Virus record (IMG/VR): IMGVR_UViG_3300035703_000003
DNA length: 64,000 nucleotides
Source of the DNA: a virus
Taxonomy: Duplodnaviria > Heunggongvirae > Uroviricota > Caudoviricetes
Reading direction: 5' to 3' (one strand)
Positions within the stretch are counted from its first letter, which is position 1; every line of letters starts with the position of its first letter. Positions 1 through 10,474 of the stretch are shown piece after piece. A program made the position numbers and the translations under genes. The notes beneath the pieces were generated by a model that saw only the letters and a list, made by a program, of their open reading frames with translations, did no database searches and was not told where the DNA came from.

Positions 1-2
1 AA

Positions 3-494
3 AATAATTATTCTATGGCAGGATTAGATTTAAAAAATCATAAGTCATTTGACGCCTTATTAAGCGACGATGATGAACTAATCTGCTTCAGTGGACTTTA
101 TCATAGACCTTATTGGCCTGCAGGTTTTTACAGAATAAGTAATAGAACATATGTGATGCCTAAATTCAGAACAACATCATACAATTTCTTAAATCCGGCT
201 AATATTGGGCCACATCAAATTTTTAAACATGTAGAAAATATGCCGATGACTGTATCTCCGACGGTAAAGATAGCGTTTATATCTCGAGAAAATGCTAAAG
301 CTAAATTTTATTTTAAAAAACTGCAAAGAGAAGTTGATTATTATAAAGATTGGCATATCAGCAGTAATATGTTACAGTTAGTTAATTCAGAAAAGCAGTC
401 TTCCTATCAATATGTCATTTATAAAAATTATGATAGAAGTAGCATCAATGAATTTAACTCTATTACAGAAGAAGAATGGAGAAACTTAAAATGA
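3..494 (+). CDS. Hypothetical protein, possibly GNAT-like; 5'-truncated; paralog of 9988..10464
   Basis: Frame is open to the window edge (N-N-Y-S before Met at 15). Shares NY, RIxxRT-like and (F/W)(I/V)SRE motifs with 9988..10464. Confidence 0.5.
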   Translation, partial: NNYSMAGLDLKNHKSFDALLSDDDELICFSGLYHRPYWPAGFYRISNRTYVMPKFRTTSYNFLNPANIGPHQIFKHVENMPMTVSPTVKIAFISRENAKAKFYFKKLQREVDYYKDWHISSNMLQLVNSEKQSSYQYVIYKNYDRSSINEFNSITEEEWRNLK

Positions 495-1252
495 ATTATC
501 ATATAAAGAATTTTATTGCACCTATCCATGCTTTATTTTTTTTATCAATCATTGGCTTATATTTTAACATAGTCGAGTTTAACTTATGGATATTTTTAAC
601 AGGGTGGACATTGATATACGGGCTAGGGCTTGTCGTTGGATTTCATAAACTGTTGTCTCACAAGTCGTTTGAAACTAACAAATATATATCTTATATATTA
701 GCCTATCTAGGTTGTCTGGGAATTAGCGGTTCGCCAATTTGGTGGGCTGCTATTCACCGAGGGTACCATCATGCTCACACAGAAACTGAAAAAGATTTAC
801 AAACACCACGCCGTGGGTGGATCAAATCTTACATCGGTTGGCAATTCGGGGAAGACACAAGTAAAATAAGTTTAAAATATGCAGCTGATTTAATAAAAGA
901 TCCGTTTATTCTTTTCTTACATAAGAATTATAGATCAGTTGTCTGGGGAACACTAATACTTGTTATACTGCTGTCTCCGTCGCTTGCTGTATCATTGCTA
1001 ATATTTCCGATGGTTGCAGCACATCACGGGGAAAATATTACTAACTTGTTAGGGCACAGTAGATTTGCCGGTTATCGAAACTTTAATACTAAAGACGATA
1101 CTGTAAATAATCCGTTATTAGCATTTATAACCTGGGGGCAACTACTTCATAACAACCATCATGCTAAACCAAATAAAGAGAGTTTTGCAATCAAATGGTT
1201 CGAGATTGACCCCACTTCTCCTTTTGTATGGGTTTTGAAAAAAATAAAATGA
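491..1252 (+). CDS. Membrane fatty acid desaturase (delta-9-like)
   Basis: His boxes HKLLSH, HRGYHH, HNNHH and hydrophobic segments. The ATGA overlap with the upstream stop favours a start at 491. Confidence 0.9.
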   Translation: MNYHIKNFIAPIHALFFLSIIGLYFNIVEFNLWIFLTGWTLIYGLGLVVGFHKLLSHKSFETNKYISYILAYLGCLGISGSPIWWAAIHRGYHHAHTETEKDLQTPRRGWIKSYIGWQFGEDTSKISLKYAADLIKDPFILFLHKNYRSVVWGTLILVILLSPSLAVSLLIFPMVAAHHGENITNLLGHSRFAGYRNFNTKDDTVNNPLLAFITWGQLLHNNHHAKPNKESFAIKWFEIDPTSPFVWVLKKIK

Positions 1253-2538
1253 TTACTTTTAAAGATTGTGAAAACCGTCTTGATAAAATTTTAAAAAAAC
1301 CTGCCGTAGTTGATCCAGCGTTTTATCAAACACCTGGTATAGATGCAGTTAGTGCCATTCCTTACCCAATTGTTGACTGGGGAGATTTGCCCCGAGTATA
1401 TGATAATATGTTTTATATTGACGAACAATCAACATATTACCAATGCACAGTCAAACTACCCGACGAGTCGCTGCATCCGTTCTGGGTGTTTAATTCAGAG
1501 TGGATCCCGACGGCTAACAAATCTCCGCATTCACTACATAATCATTTGGGGTTTGGATATGGCAAGTCACCGGTGTTTAATATGCCCAAATTGCCATTTT
1601 CTGAAACCATTGGGCAAGCAGATACTAACAGAATGTCGTGGTGGGAAGAATGTAAAATATCAGCTCGTTTAATAAAAGAGCGTTACGGAGAAATAATGTT
1701 ATGCCTGAGTGGTGGTATCGATTCTGAACTAATGGTATGTGCATTTTTAGATGCCGGTGTTAATTTTAAAGCAATGGTGTTAAAGTATGTTGACCGTTAC
1801 AAAAACTGTATAAATGTGCAAGATTATAACAATGCAATGAAATTTTGTAACACATATAACATCAAACCTTTAGAGATAACGTTAGATGTTGTTACTGATA
1901 TTATCGACGGTGCTTACAAACAATACTACATCGATAGTGTCCCTGAAACGCACTTTCTGCTTCCTACATTATATACACAATCGTTCATGATTGAGTTGTG
2001 TAATAAAATAGGTGTAATGCCTGTCATGGGATCTGATCAGATAGAATTGAAAACAAATAGTCGAGGTGATGTATGTATCGGGGAAACTTTATTTTCTCTA
2101 GGGTTAGCAGCGCCAACATGGGCACATCATAAAGGACTCGACTTAATTTATGATTTCTTTATGTATACTCCTAACCAAATTGTATCGTACTTAGATCATG
2201 TTGTAGCAGAAAACCCAACGAATATAGGATACGAATTCAAACAATACATGAGTTACAAATACGGATCGGAAAAACTTTTACGACACCGAGAAAAGTCCAC
2301 TGGTTACGAATATATTGGCGAAGCAATGCATGATTTAGGAAAGTGTTTGCATTGCATTACTATGGAAAATATCGAGAGTGTCAATTGGTCTCAAAGAGCA
2401 GCAACGCAATATATTCATAGCATAGATCAAGTTGTGCATGATGGATTTTATAATGACTGGCAAGTAATTCGTACTACGCCAAATGACTTTTTATGTAGAG
2501 GATTTAAACAAAATGATGCAAGATACTACGATATTTAA
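1249..2538 (+). CDS. PP-loop (adenine nucleotide alpha-hydrolase-like) ATP pyrophosphatase
   Basis: LCLSGGIDSE motif; ATGA overlap at 1249. Confidence 0.7.
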   Translation: MITFKDCENRLDKILKKPAVVDPAFYQTPGIDAVSAIPYPIVDWGDLPRVYDNMFYIDEQSTYYQCTVKLPDESLHPFWVFNSEWIPTANKSPHSLHNHLGFGYGKSPVFNMPKLPFSETIGQADTNRMSWWEECKISARLIKERYGEIMLCLSGGIDSELMVCAFLDAGVNFKAMVLKYVDRYKNCINVQDYNNAMKFCNTYNIKPLEITLDVVTDIIDGAYKQYYIDSVPETHFLLPTLYTQSFMIELCNKIGVMPVMGSDQIELKTNSRGDVCIGETLFSLGLAAPTWAHHKGLDLIYDFFMYTPNQIVSYLDHVVAENPTNIGYEFKQYMSYKYGSEKLLRHREKSTGYEYIGEAMHDLGKCLHCITMENIESVNWSQRAATQYIHSIDQVVHDGFYNDWQVIRTTPNDFLCRGFKQNDARYYDI

Positions 2539-3856
2539 CAATAAATTTATTGTGCTAGGATTCGGATCACTAGGGCCCAGTGTCGTATCATTATTACAAA
2601 GTAACTTTCCTAACAACAATGTTGTAATAATTACAGATATTAATACAACGCCACAATCATCTCGAGATAGTATACAGCACTTACCGAATATAGAACAAGT
2701 TGTTGATATTTCACTAACCCATGTTAATTATGTCGATGTACTTAATCGTGTTGCATCTCCAGGAGATTTTATGATCAACCTTACAGTCGATGTGTCGTGT
2801 TATGATTTGATTACATGGTGCCAACTATATAATGTGTTATACATAGACACTGCGTTATATCAGTGGGCTGACAACTATGACGCAGAACCTCCTACAAATT
2901 GGGCATTGCGACAAAAGGTATTGTCAATGACACAAGCGTCTAGTACAACTGCTATAATTGCTCACGGTGCAAATCCCGGTCTAGTTAATCACTTTGTAAA
3001 GAGTTGTATTGACAAGTTATATTATAATCAATTCGGAAACCTCGATGAACTAAGCTGGTCGTCGAAAGCACAGGCAATTGGGCTAAAAACTATACACATA
3101 TCAGAAGTTGATACTCAGTGGAGCAGCGAAATTCAGCCTGCTCCCGGAGATTTTGTTAACACATGGAGTGTTCAAGGCTTTATCAACGAAGCTCTTATGC
3201 CGTCAGAGTTAACGCTAGGATCGCATGAAAAAAACATTCCTGATATTTTTAGTGCAGCTCGGTCTGATCATTCGGCCCGTAGTATTAATGCAGGAATTTA
3301 TACTCGTGTAAAAGGTTGGAACCCATACAGCGGGCAATATTTAGGATTCATGATTACACACAACGAAGCTATTAGTTTAGGTCAATTTCTATCTGACAAT
3401 AATTCGGGCTACTGTCCATCGGTGTATTATGTGTATCGACCTACATCAGCTACTATAGCAGGTCTACATGATTGGGTCGGCAATGACTATACAATTACAG
3501 GAGATCGTGTACTACTCAACGAACATACAATTACAGCCGGCGAGGATTATCTGGGTGTATTATTAATGGGTAACTTCGGAGCTGTGTGGTGCGGAAACAT
3601 TCTGTCAGCTGAACATGCATCTCGTACTGCAAAGTTTGCAAACGCTACAACATTACAAGTAACAGCGCCATTATTAGCAGCTATCGAATGGGCTATACAT
3701 AACCCATCCGAAGGAATTGTTGAAGCCGAAGACATCGATCATAACTTCATTATCAGCCGGGTTGAATCTATAATAGGAACAACTGAATACATCGAAGTTG
3801 ACTGGGAATTATTGAAGTACAATGAGCCTACTTTGGAAAATTTTATCGTTTATTAA
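2513..3856 (+). CDS. hss: Homospermidine synthase
   Basis: GFGSLG Rossmann motif, HGANPGLVNHFVK, FVNTWSVQGF, NATTLQVTA. Confidence 0.9.
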   Translation: MMQDTTIFNNKFIVLGFGSLGPSVVSLLQSNFPNNNVVIITDINTTPQSSRDSIQHLPNIEQVVDISLTHVNYVDVLNRVASPGDFMINLTVDVSCYDLITWCQLYNVLYIDTALYQWADNYDAEPPTNWALRQKVLSMTQASSTTAIIAHGANPGLVNHFVKSCIDKLYYNQFGNLDELSWSSKAQAIGLKTIHISEVDTQWSSEIQPAPGDFVNTWSVQGFINEALMPSELTLGSHEKNIPDIFSAARSDHSARSINAGIYTRVKGWNPYSGQYLGFMITHNEAISLGQFLSDNNSGYCPSVYYVYRPTSATIAGLHDWVGNDYTITGDRVLLNEHTITAGEDYLGVLLMGNFGAVWCGNILSAEHASRTAKFANATTLQVTAPLLAAIEWAIHNPSEGIVEAEDIDHNFIISRVESIIGTTEYIEVDWELLKYNEPTLENFIVY

Positions 3857-3875
3857 TACTGTGAATTGAATCTAC

Positions 3876-3882
3876 ATAAATA
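3876..3882 (+). promoter_or_regulatory. Putative late promoter ATAAATA
   Basis: T4-late-like box in the intergenic gap upstream of 3984. The region is AT-rich, so a chance match is possible. Confidence 0.35.
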
Positions 3883-3983
3883 TCATAATATAATAATTAT
3901 ATTGTAATAGAATGTGCAGTACTTCAAATTTTGAACAAACATTCTAAATTACTTTACACAATTTTCAAAAGGTTTCATGAAAT

Positions 3984-4568
3984 ATGAGTTATTTTACTAG
4001 AATAGAGGCGTTGCCTATATTAGATTTACAACAACAGTTGAATCAATTGATTGCCGACGGAACAGTGTCGTGGCCCGATAAAATAAATCAGATATGTTTA
4101 AACACGATTGCTGGGCATGAAGATGATTACATTTTAGGAACAGGAAGTTTGACACATGACTGGGAAAACGGTGTTGTTTCAATTGACGAATACGGAAATC
4201 AAAAAACTATAATTAAAGAAAAAGAAAATCAATTACAGGAATACGATTTTAAAGTGTTATGTAAGCAATTTGAAGGCACAATGTTCGAAACAGTTTACAA
4301 TCAACTTGATCTACGTTATAATCTAGGAAGAGTTAGATTAATGAAATCTAATAGTAAAACATGTTTATCCTGGCATGTGGATTTTCAGCCCAGACTTCAT
4401 TACCCTTTAAAAACACAAGACGGTTGTTTTATGATAATAGAAGATGAGGTTAAGCATTTGCCTAAATATGAATGGTGGATGACTGACACATTGCGTGAGC
4501 ATACTGCATTTAATGCAAGTAAAGAAGACAGAATACACTTAGTAGCAACAATATTGGGTATAAAATGA
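3984..4568 (+). CDS. AspH-like 2OG-Fe(II) oxygenase
   Basis: GRVRLM...WHVD...RLHYPL...HTAFN...RIHLV. Confidence 0.8.
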   Translation: MSYFTRIEALPILDLQQQLNQLIADGTVSWPDKINQICLNTIAGHEDDYILGTGSLTHDWENGVVSIDEYGNQKTIIKEKENQLQEYDFKVLCKQFEGTMFETVYNQLDLRYNLGRVRLMKSNSKTCLSWHVDFQPRLHYPLKTQDGCFMIIEDEVKHLPKYEWWMTDTLREHTAFNASKEDRIHLVATILGIK

Positions 4569-5032
4569 TTTTTAAGGATGAGAATATTGTATTATTTGAT
4601 TACACGTTTGATATTGAAAAGTTAAGAACTGAATTTAATAATTTTAAAGATAAGTTAGAAACTTATGAAGATCCTAGATATTCAGTTCCGAATTTTAAAG
4701 TAGCAAGACATATAACTTTTGATTATGCACAAGAGTTGTGTGAATTGTTCAACATAACAGCTCGACCTAGATTTTATACTGTTGCTCCAAATAGTGAATT
4801 AGAACAACACCTGGATCACGGAACATTATGTAGTATTAACATACTACTGTCAGAAAACACTGCTCCTGTAAACTTTCAAGGTAAAGAGTACATGTATAAA
4901 CAATGTTTACTTAATACACAAAAGATGCACGGAGTTATTAACGGTCCGCACGAACGAATACTTTTTAAACTTAGTATTTTCAATGAAGATTTTGAAACAG
5001 TTGCAGAAAAAATTAAAAAAGTAGTTATATGA
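4565..5032 (+). CDS. Jelly-roll 2OG-Fe(II) oxygenase-like protein
   Basis: HLD...HGVIN...ER facial-triad pattern. Confidence 0.65.
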   Translation: MIFKDENIVLFDYTFDIEKLRTEFNNFKDKLETYEDPRYSVPNFKVARHITFDYAQELCELFNITARPRFYTVAPNSELEQHLDHGTLCSINILLSENTAPVNFQGKEYMYKQCLLNTQKMHGVINGPHERILFKLSIFNEDFETVAEKIKKVVI

Positions 5033-6792
5033 AAAATATTTTAATGACTAGCTTTATAAGCAAGCGACTGAGCGCAAGAGAACCAGATATACACTGGTTA
5101 CCACATAGTGTTGGTTGTTTAATAAGTTATGCTAAAAAAAATAATTTTATAAATTCTGCATATAATTTTTATACTCCGGTGTACATACCGGATGAATACG
5201 ACACATACATGTCTATAATGTTAACCACAGATATATTATGTATGACCAATTATGTTTGGAATCAAAAATATAATGATGGGTTTGCTAAATTGTTTAAGTC
5301 TGTAAACCCCAATGGCATTGTGGTATACGGAGGTGCTAATGTACCCGAACATAAAGATTATGCACAGCTTTATGCAGCAGAACGACCTTACGTTGACTTA
5401 TTTTTTGTAGGTCCTGGCGAAATGACATTAAGCAACTTTCTAAAAAACATTAACGCACCAATGAACTCGAATGACGGGACATTCGGAATTGGGTTTAATA
5501 ACGTAAACTTAGATAAAAGTTCATATCTTATACCAGAAAATGAAATACCAAATCCTTATTTAGACGGTATTTTTGATGAAGTGTTTAATAATATCGAAAA
5601 GAAAAAAATAGGAATTACGTTTGAAATGACACGTGGTTGCCCGTTTAGGTGTAGTTTTTGTGATTGGGGCGGACTAAGTCGCAGCAATGTTAGTAAGATA
5701 CAAACTGAAGAAGTTTTAAAAACAGTGGACTGGATATATCAACACGGAGATAAAATTGCTATCGTTGATATCATTGATGCAAACTTGGGAATGATTAAAC
5801 GGGATTTAGAAGTATTACAATACTTTGAAGAATGCCAAAATAAAACCGGTCATAAAATTAAAGTCACAGTTAACGGATTTGTTAAAAACGGCAGTCCTTA
5901 CCTTAAAGACACTATTCTAACATTAAACAGAATTACAGGATACAGTAAAAATGTTATGTTGAGTTTTCAAACACACAGTAAAGAAGCATTATCTGTTATC
6001 GACAGAGACAACATACGTAACGAAAAATTATATCCATTGATAAAAGAATTGCAAGCAGATGGGTTATCGATTAAAAGTGAAATGATATTAGGTCTTCCTG
6101 GCGAAACATTAAACAGTTATATTAATAATTTAGAAACAGATTATAATTTGGGTATAACAAGTATGCGGTCATATCCTTTAATCTTTATTGTCAATACTCC
6201 TATGTATGATACTAACTATAGATTAAAACATGGTTTAAAAACTAAAAAAATATTACTTCCATATGATTTATTTGTTACAAAAGAGCAGTATTTAACTGAT
6301 GTGAATAAGAAAACAACTTGTGATTTTGAAGATGAGTCAGAATATGAAGAAGTGGAAATTTTGTACGAGTGTAACAGTTTCACAAATGACGAGTTAATAC
6401 AGATTTTAAAAAGATGGTGGTGGTATCATAATTTTTATAATCTCGGAACAATCAAATCTGAGATTAAGCAGTTAAATGATAGCGGAGTTACTATATCTCA
6501 ACAAATAGCAATGTTTTTTGAATTGATAGACAGTGGTAAAATGCCAGCCATTTCTAAAATTCTAAACATATACGAAAATGCAGTTAGGGAAATATATTAC
6601 CCCGAATCAGTTAGTAAAATAAAAAATGTCAATTCGGTTCATTTTTTTCAAAAAGGTATGAGAACATATGAACCTGCGTATTTCATTGACAACATGTCAG
6701 CAGTGAAGTCTGAATTAGAACAAATCTATACTCGTGTTAATACAGTGGGTTGGAATGATAGATTTGCAGTAATGTTGGATAATACAATATGA
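5029..6792 (+). CDS. Cobalamin-binding radical SAM enzyme
   Basis: N-terminal B12-binding-like region (YVWN, VVYGG, GPGE), RGCPFRCSFC, ILGLPGET. Confidence 0.85.
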   Translation: MKNILMTSFISKRLSAREPDIHWLPHSVGCLISYAKKNNFINSAYNFYTPVYIPDEYDTYMSIMLTTDILCMTNYVWNQKYNDGFAKLFKSVNPNGIVVYGGANVPEHKDYAQLYAAERPYVDLFFVGPGEMTLSNFLKNINAPMNSNDGTFGIGFNNVNLDKSSYLIPENEIPNPYLDGIFDEVFNNIEKKKIGITFEMTRGCPFRCSFCDWGGLSRSNVSKIQTEEVLKTVDWIYQHGDKIAIVDIIDANLGMIKRDLEVLQYFEECQNKTGHKIKVTVNGFVKNGSPYLKDTILTLNRITGYSKNVMLSFQTHSKEALSVIDRDNIRNEKLYPLIKELQADGLSIKSEMILGLPGETLNSYINNLETDYNLGITSMRSYPLIFIVNTPMYDTNYRLKHGLKTKKILLPYDLFVTKEQYLTDVNKKTTCDFEDESEYEEVEILYECNSFTNDELIQILKRWWWYHNFYNLGTIKSEIKQLNDSGVTISQQIAMFFELIDSGKMPAISKILNIYENAVREIYYPESVSKIKNVNSVHFFQKGMRTYEPAYFIDNMSAVKSELEQIYTRVNTVGWNDRFAVMLDNTI

Positions 6793-7379
6793 GTAGTAAA
6801 CATCTATTTCCAAGAGTAGATTATAAGCCACTGGATTTAGAATATCAAAATAGTCCCCCCACATATCCATTATGGGAACGAATCATATACTATATAAAAA
6901 AACACAATTCAATAAACTTAGTTGATATGGGCTGCTCAACTGGCGCAGTAAATCAATTTTTAACAAACTACACATATAATTACTATGGCATAGATAAATC
7001 GCAATATTTAATCGACGACGCTATAAACCGATGGGGCAACGAACATATCAAATTTGAATGCAACGATTGGAATACAACTAACACTGTAGTTAATTGTGAT
7101 TGTTTGTTGTTGTTAGGTGTGTTACCATACGGGTTAGCCGAATATAGATATAGTGAAAACATAAGCCCATGGAATATCTATAACAAACTAATTGAACGAT
7201 ACAACCCGACACAAATTATTATCAGAGAGACTTGCAAAATACAAAATGATGCAGAGATAGATTTAGAAACTGTTGACTTAACACCATTTTTAGAAATCGC
7301 AACAGATGTGGAATACATTAATGTAGATACAATATTAGGAAACAAGGTATTAATAAATGTTACCCGTGAAAGAACTTAG
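6789..7379 (+). CDS. Class I SAM-dependent methyltransferase
   Basis: LVDMGCSTG motif I, YYGID. Confidence 0.75.
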   Translation: MSSKHLFPRVDYKPLDLEYQNSPPTYPLWERIIYYIKKHNSINLVDMGCSTGAVNQFLTNYTYNYYGIDKSQYLIDDAINRWGNEHIKFECNDWNTTNTVVNCDCLLLLGVLPYGLAEYRYSENISPWNIYNKLIERYNPTQIIIRETCKIQNDAEIDLETVDLTPFLEIATDVEYINVDTILGNKVLINVTRERT

Positions 7380-7956
7380 TATAAAATTTAGTAATAATGA
7401 AATATCTGCATTATTGGATTTTTATCCAATTCTAGCTAATTACGACAACAACCATCCTTCGATTAAAGTCAAAGGTCCTGCAGATAAAATACCCGGAATA
7501 ATATTTGACTTTACTAAACTAGATAATCCAATATCTTTGCTATTAACAGATATTAAAGGCAGATACCCGTTTTTATGTAATACATGCAGCTATATTATCA
7601 CTGATAATGTGATACCTAGGTTTAATTTGCATAGTCACACCGATAGTCATTGCCATTTGCTATGTGTATTAGAAAGTGACAATACAGCAACGACACATTG
7701 GTATAAGATATCTAAAGCACCGGGGCACTTTAAAAAGTCAGAGTTAATCGGAATAGTTCCACACCCCGACGGCGAAGTTATACATTGGCACACCGATACA
7801 TTGTTACAAGGCAATACGTATTTGTTCGATAGTCATACATTTCATAGTGTAGAGAATTTAAATAAAAACCGACGGATTGTGTTTACTTGGTGGCTAGAAC
7901 ACATTGCGTATCAACCGGCGTATGAATATTATGAGCAACACAACTTTTTCGTTTGA
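7357..7956 (+). CDS. Jelly-roll 2OG-Fe(II) oxygenase-like protein
   Basis: HTD...HSVEN...RR pattern. Confidence 0.6.
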   Translation: MLPVKELSIKFSNNEISALLDFYPILANYDNNHPSIKVKGPADKIPGIIFDFTKLDNPISLLLTDIKGRYPFLCNTCSYIITDNVIPRFNLHSHTDSHCHLLCVLESDNTATTHWYKISKAPGHFKKSELIGIVPHPDGEVIHWHTDTLLQGNTYLFDSHTFHSVENLNKNRRIVFTWWLEHIAYQPAYEYYEQHNFFV

Positions 7957-8914
7957 TAAGAAAAATCTCAGAAATAAAGCTGAACTTATTATAGGGCTTA
8001 GTAATTGGTGTAACTATGACTGCAGTTATTGTATGCCTCACAGCAAAAGTAGGACAAGTAAGTTAGATAACACTACTGCAATTATTAAAATCATACATGA
8101 TAGCTTCGAACATTTTAAAAAATATGCAGAAGTCGATAATTATGGAGTTTTATTCGTCGGTGGCGAACCTACAATTCATCCAGAATTTAATAAAATAATC
8201 GACAGCATACAAGACATACGGATTATTGAGCCAAATTATAAAATCATTATAGTCACTAACTTAAGTAGAACAGAACGCTGGCTTAAAGATATAAGCAGTA
8301 AAGTAACAGGCATTGTTGCAAGCTATCATGACGAGTTTGCACTAATAGATGAGTTTACAGGAAAAATCGAAACGTGTATGCGTAACAATCCTGATTTGCA
8401 TATCACCATTGGCATACAGCCATTACCTGGTAGATTAGAAAAATTAGAAAATGATTGCTATATTATGCGTAATAAATTAGTTGCAGCGTTAGGCAAAGCA
8501 CATACAGATGCTAAACTGGATTTTATAATACAGCATTTGTATAAAGGTATGGACGAATTGTATCCCTATAGCGATCATGATTTTCGTATGTTTAAACAGC
8601 TTATAGCAGAATTTAGCAATCCACATATTGACATGTCAGACAGACTAAGCGAACAAGAAGATTTCCTGGTCCATAGCTTTACAGATAAAAAAGATGAGTT
8701 CTTGGGATCGAAGTGCTATGCCGGTATAGAAGGACTGACAGTTGGATTCAACGGCACGCTGCAGCGCACAAGTAGGTGTGCCTTAAATAATGAACAAAAA
8801 TATCTAGGAAATATATACACAGAGTATACACTACCAAAAGACCCTGCAGTATGCGATGTTCCGACTGGCTGCGGTAATTGCTGGTTTGATTATAGTTTTA
8901 GGAAAATAAAATGA
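7931..8914 (+). CDS. Radical SAM enzyme with C-terminal SPASM/twitch-like cysteines
   Basis: CNYDCSYC, GGEPT, CYAG...C...CxxxxxCxxC. Start is uncertain (7904-7931). Confidence 0.85.
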   Translation: MSNTTFSFDKKNLRNKAELIIGLSNWCNYDCSYCMPHSKSRTSKLDNTTAIIKIIHDSFEHFKKYAEVDNYGVLFVGGEPTIHPEFNKIIDSIQDIRIIEPNYKIIIVTNLSRTERWLKDISSKVTGIVASYHDEFALIDEFTGKIETCMRNNPDLHITIGIQPLPGRLEKLENDCYIMRNKLVAALGKAHTDAKLDFIIQHLYKGMDELYPYSDHDFRMFKQLIAEFSNPHIDMSDRLSEQEDFLVHSFTDKKDEFLGSKCYAGIEGLTVGFNGTLQRTSRCALNNEQKYLGNIYTEYTLPKDPAVCDVPTGCGNCWFDYSFRKIK

Positions 8915-9438
8915 ATGATTTTTACACACTATTTGATCCTTCACACATAGATTATAACACACAAAGTATTATTGACTTGTGTGATTATTATACTGCAAAT
9001 GCATTATGGGATGATATATATCCAGGTGTACACTTAAACAGTAAACGTTATAGTGAGGATTTTTTAAATACTGATGCTAAAATAATAATTGATAGCTTTC
9101 ATCCTGATTTAAACATATCATATAAACAAGCACAATTATTTCAAATGAATCCAGGGCAACAGGGTATTCTTCACAAAGACACAGATAGATCTGCAGGTAT
9201 ACTCTTTCCTGTAACTCCAATTGGTGATAACTTTTCTCCTATTATGTTTTACAACGAACAAAAAGAACTAGTTGAATCTTTAAACTACAGCCGTAATGCA
9301 ATTATACTAAATGTGTTAAATTATCACAATGTGGAATATACTAATAGTGTTAGAGTTAATTTTCAGATCGATTTTCATATACCTTATAACGAAGTAGTGG
9401 ATCTTTATAATCGAGGAAAATTATTTAAAGAACAGTAA
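8911..9438 (+). CDS. Jelly-roll 2OG-Fe(II) oxygenase-like protein
   Basis: HKD...HNV...R pattern. Confidence 0.6.
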   Translation: MNDFYTLFDPSHIDYNTQSIIDLCDYYTANALWDDIYPGVHLNSKRYSEDFLNTDAKIIIDSFHPDLNISYKQAQLFQMNPGQQGILHKDTDRSAGILFPVTPIGDNFSPIMFYNEQKELVESLNYSRNAIILNVLNYHNVEYTNSVRVNFQIDFHIPYNEVVDLYNRGKLFKEQ

Positions 9439-9447
9439 ATAATAATA

Positions 9448-10005
9448 ATGCACAACAATTATTTTAATCACGTAGACATTTCGGCTCTGGGTATCAGTTT
9501 AACTGACTTGCGTAAAGAGCATGAACAATTTGAATTTAATGTGTTGAGATTCGAACAAGATGCTGATGTTGCTGATTGGTTTAATCTACAAACAACATGG
9601 TGGGTAGCTGCAGTACACGACCTATCTTCTGCGCCGTTAATCAAAAAGATAGTGACAACACTAGAGAGTGTGTTAGATACACCATTTCTAATAGATAACG
9701 CATTGAGAGACACTATAGGTGTCCGCTTTTACTTGCAAAAGCAAGGAGCAGGTCTAATAGAGCACCAAGATTACCCTGAGAGCAGTGTTGCGTTAAATTT
9801 TACATTCGACGATAATGTTGCTCCACTGAGCTTTAGTGAAATAGGTGATGTTTATTATCGTTGTTGCTTGTTTAATGTGTCACATTTTCATTATGTTAAA
9901 CCTAGTCCGTTAGATAGGCTTATGCTTAGGATAACACCAATGAATTCTAACTATCAGGATGTATGTGATAAATTTGCATCTGCTGGATTAATTCAACAAC
10001 CGTAA
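9448..10005 (+). CDS. Jelly-roll 2OG-Fe(II) oxygenase-like protein
   Basis: HQD...HYV...R pattern; similar to 4565..5032. Confidence 0.6.
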   Translation: MHNNYFNHVDISALGISLTDLRKEHEQFEFNVLRFEQDADVADWFNLQTTWWVAAVHDLSSAPLIKKIVTTLESVLDTPFLIDNALRDTIGVRFYLQKQGAGLIEHQDYPESSVALNFTFDDNVAPLSFSEIGDVYYRCCLFNVSHFHYVKPSPLDRLMLRITPMNSNYQDVCDKFASAGLIQQP

Positions 10006-10464
10006 TACCCACTGTTCTCCAGCGTCATTGGGTAATACTTCTTTTTTAATTATCCAGTTATACTTTGAGTACTTTACGAAATGTTGAAAAAGATTAGGAC
10101 TCTCTTCTCTACTAACCCATATGTTAGTATAGCCTAAGTTAAATGCGTATGCAGTGCTAGCATCTAATGTTCGGACACCCCTTTTCAGATCAGCTACCCA
10201 ACCACCAAAGTCATAATTTCGAGATCGGGTGTGTCTGCTCATAATGCGGATACTACCATTGTATTCCGGACGTTCGATTCCTGCGCTATAGTAAATCAGT
10301 TCAGACAATTCAGTATCCCACGCCATTCTAGAAAACTTGGTGTATTCAAATAGTGGGTTCTTTATATAATTGTCAGCATGTTTGTGGTCTGCGTTCTGTG
10401 CAAACAACGTTTTAATATCTGATATATGCGGTTCGATCGGTCCTAAGTACCACTTAAATCTCAT
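9988..10464 (-). CDS. Hypothetical protein, possibly GNAT-like; paralog of 3..494
   Basis: NY, RIMSRHT, WVSRE motifs. Confidence 0.5.
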   Translation of the reverse strand: MRFKWYLGPIEPHISDIKTLFAQNADHKHADNYIKNPLFEYTKFSRMAWDTELSELIYYSAGIERPEYNGSIRIMSRHTRSRNYDFGGWVADLKRGVRTLDASTAYAFNLGYTNIWVSREESPNLFQHFVKYSKYNWIIKKEVLPNDAGEQWVLRLLN

Positions 10465-10474
10465 TTATATTATC

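Noticed and set aside
1249-2538. PP-loop protein as the missing QueC
   Set aside because: It has SGGIDS but is about twice QueC length, lacks the C-terminal Cys zinc cluster, and lies 26 kb from queE in a different operon.
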